Source of the DNA: Cyanobacteriota bacterium
GTDB taxonomy: Bacteria; Cyanobacteriota; Cyanobacteriia; PCC-6307; Cyanobiaceae
Length of the DNA stretch: 64,000 nt
Assembly: GCA_046052125.1 (NCBI GenBank)
Contig: JBJOMY010000003.1
Span: forward strand, 1-64,000
Direction of reading: 5' to 3'
Within the stretch, counting starts at the first letter, position 1; each line of letters opens with the position of its first letter. Shown one piece after another: positions 48,115 through 57,183 of the stretch. The translations under genes were made by a program, and so were the position numbers. The notes beneath the pieces are model-generated. The model had not been told where the DNA came from, did not search any database, and worked only from the letters and a program-made list of their open reading frames with translations.

Positions 48115-49344
48115 GGGCGACCACCAACCTGGGACCAAGTGCTTCGGGCAGGGGTGATTCACAGCCTGTCCCAGCGGGGCACCCATAGCGGCTGGTCGGT
48201 GGCCAATCACCGTGGTCGTGCTCGCTTGAACCTCACTCAGGCTGCAGCAGGCGGTCGCCGCAGGCAGATCCTCCTGCCACTGGTATGGAACGCCGACCAG
48301 ATGGACGCCATTCGCGATGTGGTGCTGGCGATCCATGAAGCGCACCAAGCTGGTGCGCCCATCGACCAGGCGGTTGCCCAGGCCTGCGCACCTGCCGCTG
48401 AGGAGAGTGTGCCTGAGCTCAGCGATGTCCAGCGCCATGTGGATTGGGCTGTGTTGATCGAGCGCTTTCGGCAGCACAAGCTCTCCAGTGGAGCGATCAA
48501 ACCCAGCACCTGGGGCAACACCTATGCCGGCCGCATGGCTGCGATCCACAAAGCTGCTACGGCTGTACCCCCACCGCTCAATGCCCGTCAGCTCTTGGAC
48601 CGCTTGGTTGCGCCTGTCAAAGAACACCCTGGGACTCGGGGACGGCAGCTGTTGGTTCAACAGACAGCCGCTCTGCTGCGTTGGAGCATCGACAATGATT
48701 TGCTGCCGATGCACTGGGCTCCGCCGCTCAACCTTGCTGGTTATGTCGGCCGACGGCGCGATGCGCGACCTGTCACTACTCCCCTTGCTGTTCCCCATCT
48801 TCTTGAGGTGGTGGCCTCAATCCCCGATCCACGTTGGAGGCTTGCCTTCCAATTGATGGCCGCCTACGGATTGAGGCCTGAGGAGCTTCAACATCTGGAA
48901 CACCGCGGAGGGCGGCTGTGGTGCACCTTCGAGAAGACAACACCGAAGGGCAAAACCCGACCCCGCCCGCTGCGGCTGTTGCCGTCTGATCAGTGGGCTG
49001 TGCCTTGGCAACTGGAGTCGGTCTACGACAGGCAAGCGATGCCGCCGATGCGCCCAGGACACGGAGCTGAGGATCTACGCACGTACATGCGGCGACGCGC
49101 TGCCTGGGAAGAACTCCGGCAGCGCTACGAAGCTGAAGGGGAAAAGCTGGTCCTCTACTCCTGCCGCCATGGCTACGCCCATCGCGCCCACGTGATCTGT
49201 GAGCTCCCCCCGAAGGTGGTCGCTGCCGCAATGGGGCATTCGGTGGAGACGCACCTGGCGGCCTATAGCCGTTGGTGTGGGGATGACGTGGTGGATGACG
49301 CTTTCAGCAAAGCGGCCCAACGGCTCAGTGGCATGACGTCCTGA
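48100..49344 (+). CDS. Tyrosine recombinase/integrase
   Basis: YGLRPEEL, YSCRHGY, MGHS, Tyr; paralog of 14742-15980 (shared AIKPSTW). Confidence 0.93.
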   Translation: MPSHMGRPPTWDQVLRAGVIHSLSQRGTHSGWSVANHRGRARLNLTQAAAGGRRRQILLPLVWNADQMDAIRDVVLAIHEAHQAGAPIDQAVAQACAPAAEESVPELSDVQRHVDWAVLIERFRQHKLSSGAIKPSTWGNTYAGRMAAIHKAATAVPPPLNARQLLDRLVAPVKEHPGTRGRQLLVQQTAALLRWSIDNDLLPMHWAPPLNLAGYVGRRRDARPVTTPLAVPHLLEVVASIPDPRWRLAFQLMAAYGLRPEELQHLEHRGGRLWCTFEKTTPKGKTRPRPLRLLPSDQWAVPWQLESVYDRQAMPPMRPGHGAEDLRTYMRRRAAWEELRQRYEAEGEKLVLYSCRHGYAHRAHVICELPPKVVAAAMGHSVETHLAAYSRWCGDDVVDDAFSKAAQRLSGMTS

Positions 49345-49362
49345 GCCTGCTGCTGTGCAGGC

Positions 49363-50271
49363 CTACTGCTCGCCGGTTGGCTTGATGTACCCGGTGTCGA
49401 TCAGAAAGGCCCGCAAGGCTTCCGGGAAAGAGCTGTAGACGATTTCCCGCCCCAGGCACTTGCCGTTGTCATCGAGTTCGCCCTTGCATTCCTTCAACCC
49501 CCAGTCTGAGGAGGCGTCGTAACGCTGGGTCATGCGATCCCAGCCGTCATACAGCTCGCCCACCAGCGCCTTGTTGGCGACGTAACCGGCCAGAAAGCCA
49601 TTGGGTGATTCAGGGTTCTTCTGTTGGAACCAGTCGGCCATGCGCTGCAGGTTGCGGCGATGAAGTGGTTTGAACTCAGGCCGATGGGACACATCCACAA
49701 AGGCATCGCCCTGCAGCTGCCAGATGCGGGCAGGTGCGGTGCTGCAGGCGTAGCAGGCAAAGCGATAGAGGAACCGGTTATCGACATCGACGATCAGGAA
49801 GCGGCCATTCCGCAACGGGTCCTCTGCTGGTGAATCACCCCCGTCGAACGGCCCGAGTGTCACCTCTCGCCAGGTCTGCCCGCTGCGATCGCTTGTGAGC
49901 ACCTGGATCTGATTGCAGCAGTGCGCACCTCCGGTGAAGGACGAGAGCAGAACTTCGGGGTAGGGGTTCTCCGGATCCATTTCTGCGATCTGGACCACCG
50001 CAGCCGGACTGCCGCCCCATTTCTCGGCGCCAACGAGGCGACCTACTTCGTTGCCATTCACACGAACTACAGCCACCGGCTGGAGCACGTTCGATCCGGA
50101 CTCGTTGATCCGCCGCTGCTGCTGAGCGTTCACCTCCACAGCGCCGCTGCGCAACGAACCGCTCATGCGGTTGTTTTGGTAGTCCATCTTCAGGACCTGG
50201 GCGACAGCCGGACTGCCGCAGAGGGCCCCCACTCCGAGCAGGACGGCAATGAAACGAGCTCGCAAAGACAC
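49363..50271 (-). CDS. Secreted hypothetical protein
   Basis: Signal-like N-terminus, FTGGAHCC motif; start uncertain. Confidence 0.7.
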   Translation of the reverse strand: MSLRARFIAVLLGVGALCGSPAVAQVLKMDYQNNRMSGSLRSGAVEVNAQQQRRINESGSNVLQPVAVVRVNGNEVGRLVGAEKWGGSPAAVVQIAEMDPENPYPEVLLSSFTGGAHCCNQIQVLTSDRSGQTWREVTLGPFDGGDSPAEDPLRNGRFLIVDVDNRFLYRFACYACSTAPARIWQLQGDAFVDVSHRPEFKPLHRRNLQRMADWFQQKNPESPNGFLAGYVANKALVGELYDGWDRMTQRYDASSDWGLKECKGELDDNGKCLGREIVYSSFPEALRAFLIDTGYIKPTGEQ

Positions 50272-50332
50272 CAGGCAAGAGACAGGCCGCTCTCCCGAAC
50301 CGTAGGAAGAGCGGCCGCGCCTGCAACCCCGC

Positions 50333-50569
50333 TCACTGCTTGAGATGGCGGCGGCTCCAGCCTGTGATCGAGGCCTCGATGTTCTCCCCATGCCACTGCA
50401 GGGGCCCTTTGCCTTCGGTGCAGCCCCAGCGGCGGAAGTGCTTGCCGGGTTGCAGCACCCCGCGTAGCCGCAGCTGACGCAGGGTTTCGCGGCTGATGCC
50501 GAGCAGCTCACAGGCCTCAGCTGTGCTGATCCAGACCCGCTGGCGGGTGGTCGTGACCTGGGTTTCCAT
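50333..50569 (-). CDS. Excisionase-like HTH protein
   Basis: WISTAEACELLGISRETLRQLR..G.L.PGKHF. Confidence 0.78.
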   Translation of the reverse strand: METQVTTTRQRVWISTAEACELLGISRETLRQLRLRGVLQPGKHFRRWGCTEGKGPLQWHGENIEASITGWSRRHLKQ

Positions 50570-51375
50570 CAGCTCCCCGCCAGCTGCGCGCAGCAGCGCT
50601 GGAGGGTGTCGACCAACCAGCTGCGGCGGTAGCTCTTGACCTGGCGAGGTGCCCCGTCAACAAACTGTTGGCGACAAGGGGGTTCTTTACCGAACTCCTC
50701 GCGGTAAGCCCTGGCCACGAGCTTGCCCGCGGCGCAGAACTGGCTGCGCGGCAGCGCTTGTTGGAACACCTCCAGCCAGGCATCTCCCAAGGTGAGCTCC
50801 TCGTCAGTGGGCGCACCGGGCAGCAACCCAGCACTGGCGGTGAGCACGTTGCTGCGGACGATGTCCTTGAACAGAAGCTGGTCGCGTTGATCCAGGCCGC
50901 CCAGCCGCTCGAACAGATTGATGCTCCGCTCCACCAGGGCAATCACGTCGGCTTCCCGGATCCGAGCTGGAGGGGTCTCGACGGGAGTCGGTTGGGCCTG
51001 CTGGACGCTCTCCAGGAACCAGCCATCCATCCACACCGCGAACGGCGCACTGATCCAGCGGGCCAGGTCGACAGCGACCTGGGGATGAACCCAGGTGCCG
51101 CCACCACCGGCGCCGCCTGAGCGGGACTCAACAAGGGCGTGGACGGAAATTCCGGCCACGCTCTCCAGCGCATCCAGATAGTGCTGGCACCGGTCGGACT
51201 CGCGGTAGTCCTTCCAGCGTTTGCCATTGGCCTTGCACATGGCCGTGGCATTCACGTAGCCATCGCTGGTGCGCCGAGAGATCGGGGTGCCGTTCCAGGA
51301 ACGGGAGACCAGAGCCTGCTGACTCAGCAGAGCGACAGTTGCGGAGGGATGGGACGACGTTGTTGTGGTGTTCAT
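50569..51375 (-). CDS. KilA-N domain protein
   Basis: DGYVNATAMCKANGK.W..Y, GTWVHP.VA.DLARWIS..FAVW. Confidence 0.92.
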   Translation of the reverse strand: MNTTTTSSHPSATVALLSQQALVSRSWNGTPISRRTSDGYVNATAMCKANGKRWKDYRESDRCQHYLDALESVAGISVHALVESRSGGAGGGGTWVHPQVAVDLARWISAPFAVWMDGWFLESVQQAQPTPVETPPARIREADVIALVERSINLFERLGGLDQRDQLLFKDIVRSNVLTASAGLLPGAPTDEELTLGDAWLEVFQQALPRSQFCAAGKLVARAYREEFGKEPPCRQQFVDGAPRQVKSYRRSWLVDTLQRCCAQLAGS

Positions 51376-51662
51376 CGGTCTGAGCTCGGTGAAATGGGCT
51401 GGGCCCCACTGGCGGCGACGCCGGCTGCTGGGGGGAAAGGGCTGTTGGTGCTGACCGCTTGCAGCCGCGGTGGCACGGGGCCAGCGATCACCAGCAGCAG
51501 GGTGCTCAGCTGAAACAGCAGCCCCACCAGCACCAGCAAGCGCAGAGCGGTGAGGCTGTTGACCGTGACGGCGACGGTTGTGGGCCGGCGGGTGCGGCAG
51601 AACGCCGGAAGCTGGGGGCGGCGCCCAGCGCCGCCGTTGCTGACCAAGTGAGGAGCAGCCAT
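51372..51662 (-). CDS. Small membrane protein
   Basis: Hydrophobic segment; overlaps both neighbours' start/stop. Confidence 0.5.
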   Translation of the reverse strand: MAAPHLVSNGGAGRRPQLPAFCRTRRPTTVAVTVNSLTALRLLVLVGLLFQLSTLLLVIAGPVPPRLQAVSTNSPFPPAAGVAASGAQPISPSSDR

Positions 51663-52231
51663 CAGAAGGCGGCCTCCTCGTCGTCATCCACAACCCAGCC
51701 CCCTCCAGCGCTGTAACCCTCCTGTTCCTCGAAGCCATCGGTGGGATCGACCTGCTCGTAGGGAACGAACTCGACGACCTGGACGGCACGGGGCTGGAAG
51801 GTCATGCCGCAGCCGTTTTCGCCATCCCAGTCGTAGATGTCGAAGGCCAGGACGACCTTGGAGCCGTTGCCGATGGCGGCCCCATCCCAGGGCTGCTTTT
51901 TGGCATCGACGATGCGGGGCCCCTCAGACAGGGAGCCGTCGCGCCGCTGGAACTGCGGCACCTTGAAGCGCACCGCGGTGAGCTCGCTGGGCTTTTCCTT
52001 ATCCGGCTTCCAGGGGAAGCCCTTTTCGGCGCGGCGCTTGCGACTGCCATGCAGAGCAATGAACTGGTCCTCCATCGCCAGCAGGAAGGACTGCGCCGTT
52101 TGGTCACTGTTGGGAAGCAGCAGATCGCAGGTCCAGGCCTTGGGTTTGCTCTTGTCGAGCTGATGCCTTGGGGTGATCAGGTGGGCCCAGCGCACTTCGG
52201 CGAGGGGTGTGCGGAAGATCGTCTTAGCCAT
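51662..52231 (-). CDS. T7 gp2.5-like single-stranded DNA-binding protein
   Basis: IGNGSKV, AVQVVEFVPY, acidic tail ending in Phe. Confidence 0.85.
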   Translation of the reverse strand: MAKTIFRTPLAEVRWAHLITPRHQLDKSKPKAWTCDLLLPNSDQTAQSFLLAMEDQFIALHGSRKRRAEKGFPWKPDKEKPSELTAVRFKVPQFQRRDGSLSEGPRIVDAKKQPWDGAAIGNGSKVVLAFDIYDWDGENGCGMTFQPRAVQVVEFVPYEQVDPTDGFEEQEGYSAGGGWVVDDDEEAAF

Positions 52232-52460
52232 GGGTTGACTCGGGATGAACGGTGGACGAGAGGGGTTGATCGAATGGGGCCAGCGGCGGCAGGCCAAGGC
52301 GCTCGCGCAGCAGGTGATGCACGGCGCCGCTGGCCGAGAGGTTGCGGGCCTCCATCAGCTCACGGACCTGCAGGTAGACGTCGGTACGCACCTGGGTCTG
52401 GATGACATGGCGACCGGCCCGGGAGCGGGGCTGCTCGCCATAGCGACGGGGCCTGCTCAT
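52224..52460 (-). CDS. Small RHH-like DNA-binding protein
   Basis: VIQTQV...NLSASGAVHHLL. Confidence 0.55.
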   Translation of the reverse strand: MSRPRRYGEQPRSRAGRHVIQTQVRTDVYLQVRELMEARNLSASGAVHHLLRERLGLPPLAPFDQPLSSTVHPESTHG

Positions 52461-53176
52461 GACTGGGCGGGCGCCTGAGCGCCTTCGAACTCCTCGAGGA
52501 AGCGGTCGATGAAGGCGCTGTGCTGGTGCTGGGTGATGCGATCACCGATCGAGCGGGCATTGCGCGGCACTTGGAAGTGCTCACGAAACGCCGTGGTCAG
52601 CTCACGCCGAGCGGCCTGGGGAAGGGCCAGGATGCGCTGGTGCGTGGCCTCGATCTCCTGGGCCGTGAGTGGCTCCAGAGCGACATCTCCGCCACCGGTG
52701 CCTGCACAGATCTCGGATGCCTCAACAGAGGACGTCTTCGCCGGCAGAGCGGGACGTTGCTCACATGCAGAAGCAAGTTCAGCGCTAGAGCTTGCCTCAG
52801 GCTCTACAGGCATAGCCTGCCTGGTCAAAGGAATGCCCAGCAGCATGGCCAGCATCCAGCCGGAGGCCTGAAGCGGGTCGTCGACCTCGTCGGCCCACTC
52901 TTCACTGCTGACCTCGGCGCCACCGGCGTGCATCACCGTGACCCGCAGCTTGTGGCGGCCACGGATGTCGACCAGCTGGCTGCTGAAGGCAATGCCTTGG
53001 GCAAACGCCGGCCTGGCCGCTTCGACCACGGCGGCCAGGTCAAGGGACGGAACAGCCTGCACCTGTTCCTGGAAGGAGGCCAAGGCGGCCGTGAGGGCGC
53101 GCTCGGCGCTGCCTTTTTCGCCGAGCAACTCAAGGGCGCCGGCTGGCACGTCTGCGCGTGCGGGGATCTGCGTCAT
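52457..53176 (-). CDS. Divergent ERF-like protein with conserved C-terminal module
   Basis: AALASFQ, L.AVVEAARP....GIAFSQ, MHAGG; C-terminal FQVP module. Confidence 0.55.
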   Translation of the reverse strand: MTQIPARADVPAGALELLGEKGSAERALTAALASFQEQVQAVPSLDLAAVVEAARPAFAQGIAFSSQLVDIRGRHKLRVTVMHAGGAEVSSEEWADEVDDPLQASGWMLAMLLGIPLTRQAMPVEPEASSSAELASACEQRPALPAKTSSVEASEICAGTGGGDVALEPLTAQEIEATHQRILALPQAARRELTTAFREHFQVPRNARSIGDRITQHQHSAFIDRFLEEFEGAQAPAQS

Positions 53177-53260
53177 GGCATCAGGGTGTCGGGCTCGTGC
53201 CCGCTGGCCTGAGCTTAGCGGCTTTCTAACGCGAGCCGCAATCGGTTGGCGTCCTCGGAC

Positions 53261-54004
53261 TTATCCGGGTTCCTTCCTGCGTCGCCGGGTGGCCGGCTTG
53301 GGCGCTCCCGCCGGGTCGTCGGCTTCCCAGGCTCGGATCCACTGGTCAGGAAGGAACTGCTCGTCTTGCACCCAGAGTTGCGCCAGTTCGGAAGTGGAGT
53401 AGTCGTCGAGGGCCAGGACCTCTCGAAAACGCTTGCGGTACATCTCCGGCACCGACGCGGCGAGCTGCTCCAAGGCATCGGTGACGTCGGCGTCGCGCGT
53501 TCTGATCACACGACGTACATGGCGCCTCCAGTTCTGACAGAGATCCTCTGCTTCTTTCGACGAGAACGTGGGAGAGAGAACTGCCTGGTAAGTCTCTGGG
53601 ACGGCCAGATATCCGATGTAGCAGCTCCAGAAATCAACGGCATCCCAGGGTTTTCCATCGTTGCCCCGTAATGGCTCTGCATATTCGAGCTGTTCTCGAA
53701 TGCGCTGGGATTTGACCCCTTCCAGTCGTCGATTGCTATCCAGCAACCTTCGGTTCAGTTCTTCGAGCTGGAAAAAAGCTTTCTGGCGCAGCTCGCCAGC
53801 CTTGCCCTGCTCGATGACTGAAAGGTTGCCGTAGGAGATCACCTCAAACTTCGCTTCCGCGCCCCACTCACAGGCGGTGTACTGGGTCCAGCCGTTGCGG
53901 CGGCGCCAGTTCAACAGCATCTTCCCGAAGGCTCGGCGCGACTCCTGCTGCCAGTCGAGGACGGCCTGGTAGGAGCGCCCTGTCAGGTCCATGTCGTATG
54001 TCAT
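53261..54004 (-). CDS. XRE-type HTH protein, possible repressor
   Basis: FGKML..WRRRNGWTQ...NLSVIEQGK. Confidence 0.65.
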   Translation of the reverse strand: MTYDMDLTGRSYQAVLDWQQESRRAFGKMLLNWRRRNGWTQYTACEWGAEAKFEVISYGNLSVIEQGKAGELRQKAFFQLEELNRRLLDSNRRLEGVKSQRIREQLEYAEPLRGNDGKPWDAVDFWSCYIGYLAVPETYQAVLSPTFSSKEAEDLCQNWRRHVRRVIRTRDADVTDALEQLAASVPEMYRKRFREVLALDDYSTSELAQLWVQDEQFLPDQWIRAWEADDPAGAPKPATRRRRKEPG

Positions 54005-54047
54005 AGCCCGATTCTACGGCCTGCTTGCCATTGCAAGCCAGAGCCTG

Positions 54048-54227
54048 TCAAGACTTGGCGGCATGGATTGAGTGGTTCACCGGCTCGGCCAGCAGCTGTT
54101 TGACCTGCTGGCCGCTCAGGATCCGGCCCGTCTGAGCCTGGAAGCGCAGGGCCAGCGTGTACGGGTGTGCACCGGGATGACGGCGAGCGAGCGCCTGCAG
54201 CTGCCGGCTGAGCTCATGCCGGATCAT
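54048..54227 (-). CDS. Small hypothetical protein
   Basis: ATG overlaps VRR-NUC stop. Confidence 0.55.
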   Translation of the reverse strand: MIRHELSRQLQALARRHPGAHPYTLALRFQAQTGRILSGQQVKQLLAEPVNHSIHAAKS

Positions 54228-54601
54228 GCCGTTTGCTCTCCGACGGCGCTCAACGTCAGGACTGCCTCGGCCTGTTGAACCGAGCGGCAAACGGCAGCAA
54301 GGCCGCCGAGCTCTTGCACCGCCCGCAGGAAGGCGCGCTGCTCAGGGCTGACGATCCCGCAGTTCGTCTTGATCTCCAGTGCAACGAACTGAGCGATCTG
54401 GTGGCCGACCAGTTCAGGCGTGATCTCCAGCGAGCGCAGACCGATCAGATCGCTGCTGCCCTTGCACAACCCGAAGCGCACGAAGCACCCCTGCTGGTCG
54501 ACCAAGGCGCCGGTGTTGTTGCGCCAGAGCCGCACCGGTCCGCGGCCGCAGGCCAAGCGGATGCGCTGCTGGATCTCGTGTTCGCTGGGGGAGGAGGCCA
54601 T
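54224..54601 (-). CDS. VRR-NUC domain nuclease
   Basis: SEHEIQ..I, GSSDLIG, ALEIKT, EQRAFL. Confidence 0.88.
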   Translation of the reverse strand: MASSPSEHEIQQRIRLACGRGPVRLWRNNTGALVDQQGCFVRFGLCKGSSDLIGLRSLEITPELVGHQIAQFVALEIKTNCGIVSPEQRAFLRAVQELGGLAAVCRSVQQAEAVLTLSAVGEQTA

Positions 54602-54634
54602 GCCTCCTTTTGCCGGGCAGGGCGAAGGGGACGA

Positions 54635-55057
54635 TCAGCGCACGTCCCAGGGATTGATCACCTCCAGCCCGATCTCGGCAAAGTCGGCCACGTTTCTTGT
54701 GGCCAGGGGAGCGCCATGGGCCAGCGCCGTGGCCGCGATCACCGCATCCGCTGTCGCCATCGGTCGGGCCAGCCATTCCCGCCGCTGCAGCAGTTCGCCG
54801 TACCAGTGGGCTGCCTCACTGGTGAAGGGCCAAATTCGGCCCGCAAATAATTCGGTCGCCAGCGCATCCCAGCTCTGCTGCAGTTGCTGCTTCCGGCGGC
54901 CATCCGGCAGCCGCGAGAGACCGTGCAGGATTTCAGCTTCGTTCATGGCCGTGATCGCCACTGCCTCTGGATCAAGGCCATTGGCCCAGGCCAGCACCCG
55001 CGGTTCCGGCTGCAGCCGCATCAGCTCTGAGATCACATTGGTATCCAGCACGATCAC
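54635..55057 (-). CDS. vapC: VapC/FitB PIN-domain toxin
   Basis: IVLDTNVISE, DAVIAATA, LATRN..DF. Confidence 0.93.
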   Translation of the reverse strand: MIVLDTNVISELMRLQPEPRVLAWANGLDPEAVAITAMNEAEILHGLSRLPDGRRKQQLQQSWDALATELFAGRIWPFTSEAAHWYGELLQRREWLARPMATADAVIAATALAHGAPLATRNVADFAEIGLEVINPWDVR

Positions 55058-55104
55058 CGCAAACTCCTTTCCTGTGGTGCCTGATCTCCCGAGGTTTCCG
55101 CTTC

Positions 55105-55362
55105 CTATTCGCCCTCAAACTGCGCGGGGATAGGCAGGGATGATCTTGCTGGCAGCTCCAGCTCCACGCCACCGAGCTGGGCGAAGTGCTCATGGATGCG
55201 AGTGCCCAGGCCCTTGCCTCCAGCGACAGGCTGCCGGGCTTCGATGGCGGTGCGAAGGATCGTGCGGGCTTCCTCCTCCATGGATCGTCCATGGCGCGCG
55301 GCCTGAATGCGCAGCTGCGCTTTGGTGCGCTCGTCGAGGTTGCGGATGGTGAGGGTGGCCAC
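55105..55362 (-). CDS. FitA-like RHH antitoxin
   Basis: MATLTIRNLD....LR.QAARHGRSMEEEAR.IL. Confidence 0.9.
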   Translation of the reverse strand: MATLTIRNLDERTKAQLRIQAARHGRSMEEEARTILRTAIEARQPVAGGKGLGTRIHEHFAQLGGVELELPARSSLPIPAQFEGE

Positions 55363-55436
55363 GGACGACTCCCGCTTGCACTGACAGCATTGCAGTCAAC
55401 GCTAAGGCCTCTGGCGGCTGCTCGCTTGCCCAGTGA

Positions 55437-56870
55437 TTACGTGCTGCGCTGCCGTGCTGCCCAGACGTGGCGGGCCCAGCCGGGCTTGTAGCCGCGTTCC
55501 TGCTCCCGCTGCAGCAAGTCCTCGAAGGTGCGGCAGCCGGCGGCCGGGTGCGTCCGGCGTGGTCGGGCCTGCTGGAGCTGGGGGCGGTGCCGATCCGACC
55601 CGCTGATCTCGACTAGTTCACCCTCAAGCAGTTGGAGCCCACGGCGCTGCTCATCGCGGTCCTCGGCAAGAAATAGGTGGCCGCAGTCGGGGCAGACCTG
55701 TGCGGCACTGGGGCAGCTGCAGAAGCAGACCGGGCAGTCCTTGATCGGAATCGAGACGCCCTCCCGGCGGCGGCGGCCAGACAGGTTCCACGCGCGCTCA
55801 TCGGTGGGCAGGCCGTGGCGATGGGCGTTGCCGACGTGATCGAGGATCACCGCCTCCTGCTTGCCCGGTGCGGGACGCAGGGCCCGGCCGACCATCTGTA
55901 AATAGAGGCTCAGGGAAGCGGTGGGGCGCATCAGGATCGCGCCGCCCACTGAGGGGATGTCAGTGCCCTCGGAAATGATCATGCAGCTGGTGAGCACCTC
56001 CACCTCCCCGGTGCCGAGCCCGGCGATCAAGCGTTTGCGCTCCTCGGCTGACGTGCCGCCATTCACTGACGCGGCCCTGATCCCCGCAGCGCGGAAGGCG
56101 CCAGCCATCTGCTCGGCGTGCTGGATGGTGCAGCAAAAGCAGATGGCGGTACTGGGGTGCAGCCGGCGGCGGTAGTGCGACACCGCATCACCGATCGCGG
56201 CCCGGTCCCCGAAGGCGCGCGCCGCCTGCTCGAGGTCGTACTCGCCCATCCGCTGTTGGAGTTCGGGACCCTGCCCCTTGCTGTTCCTGGCACCTGGCCA
56301 GGAGAAGACCTTGGGCCGGGCCAGCCAGCCCTGCTCCACCAGCCAGGCCGCAGAGGGCCCCAGCACCAGGGCCTCGAAAAAGCCGCCGGCTTCCACGCCG
56401 AGCCCCTTGCCATCGAGGCGTTCGGGCGTGGCGGTCTTGCCGATCAGATGCGCCTCTGGCCAGGTGTTGATGATCCGGCCCCAGACGTTGCCGGCGACCA
56501 AGTGGTGGGCTTCGTCCTGAATGATCAGATCCGGGCCCGGCAGCTGCCTCAGCCGCCGGGCCACGGTCTGCACTGAGCCCACTGCTACCTGACGGTCCTG
56601 CAGCGTGTGACCGGGGGCGATCACATCGGGCTCAAGCCCCCAGGCCCGAACGGTGCCCGTGAGCTGCTCGATCAGCTCGGCCCGGTGGGCCAGCACCAGC
56701 ACCTTCCTGCCCTTACGGGCAGCGCCGCGGGCGATGGCGCCGATGGTCTGGCCTTTGCCCGCGCCGGTCGGCATGACGGCGCAGACCCGCTGGTGGACCT
56801 TGAGGGCCGCGCGGAGATCGGCCAGCAACTGCAGCTGGTAGTCGCGCAGAACGATTGACGGCATTGGCAC
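55437..56870 (-). CDS. SF2 DEAH helicase with C-terminal Zn ribbon (phage RadD-like)
   Basis: PTGAGK, DEAH, TATP, QMVGRALR, CPVC..CPDC. Confidence 0.92.
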   Translation of the reverse strand: MPMPSIVLRDYQLQLLADLRAALKVHQRVCAVMPTGAGKGQTIGAIARGAARKGRKVLVLAHRAELIEQLTGTVRAWGLEPDVIAPGHTLQDRQVAVGSVQTVARRLRQLPGPDLIIQDEAHHLVAGNVWGRIINTWPEAHLIGKTATPERLDGKGLGVEAGGFFEALVLGPSAAWLVEQGWLARPKVFSWPGARNSKGQGPELQQRMGEYDLEQAARAFGDRAAIGDAVSHYRRRLHPSTAICFCCTIQHAEQMAGAFRAAGIRAASVNGGTSAEERKRLIAGLGTGEVEVLTSCMIISEGTDIPSVGGAILMRPTASLSLYLQMVGRALRPAPGKQEAVILDHVGNAHRHGLPTDERAWNLSGRRRREGVSIPIKDCPVCFCSCPSAAQVCPDCGHLFLAEDRDEQRRGLQLLEGELVEISGSDRHRPQLQQARPRRTHPAAGCRTFEDLLQREQERGYKPGWARHVWAARQRST

Positions 56871-56969
56871 CAGATCGAGCGGGACGACTGCTAGCCGCTC
56901 GCCTTCTTTGGCTCAGGCTAGCGAGGCATGGCCAAAGCTATTAGGCTGCAGATCACGAGCAATGGCCTG

Positions 56970-57173
56970 ATGCCCGACTACGCCCTGCCGGTGAGTGTCT
57001 CGATCACCCAGCAGCAACTCGCCTGGCTGGATGCCCGCAGGCGTCACGGCTCCCTCAGTCGCTCGGCGGCACTGCGGCAGGTGCTGGATGCCGCCATGGA
57101 CCGCGAACTCTTGCTGGACAGACCGGATCGGGCATCACCGAATCCCGCCGCGACCTCAACAGCGAGCAGGTGA
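56970..57173 (+). CDS. CopG/RHH regulator
   Basis: VSVSIT....AWLD.....LSRSAALRQVL. Confidence 0.7.
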   Translation: MPDYALPVSVSITQQQLAWLDARRRHGSLSRSAALRQVLDAAMDRELLLDRPDRASPNPAATSTASR

Positions 57174-57183
57174 GCTGGAATCC

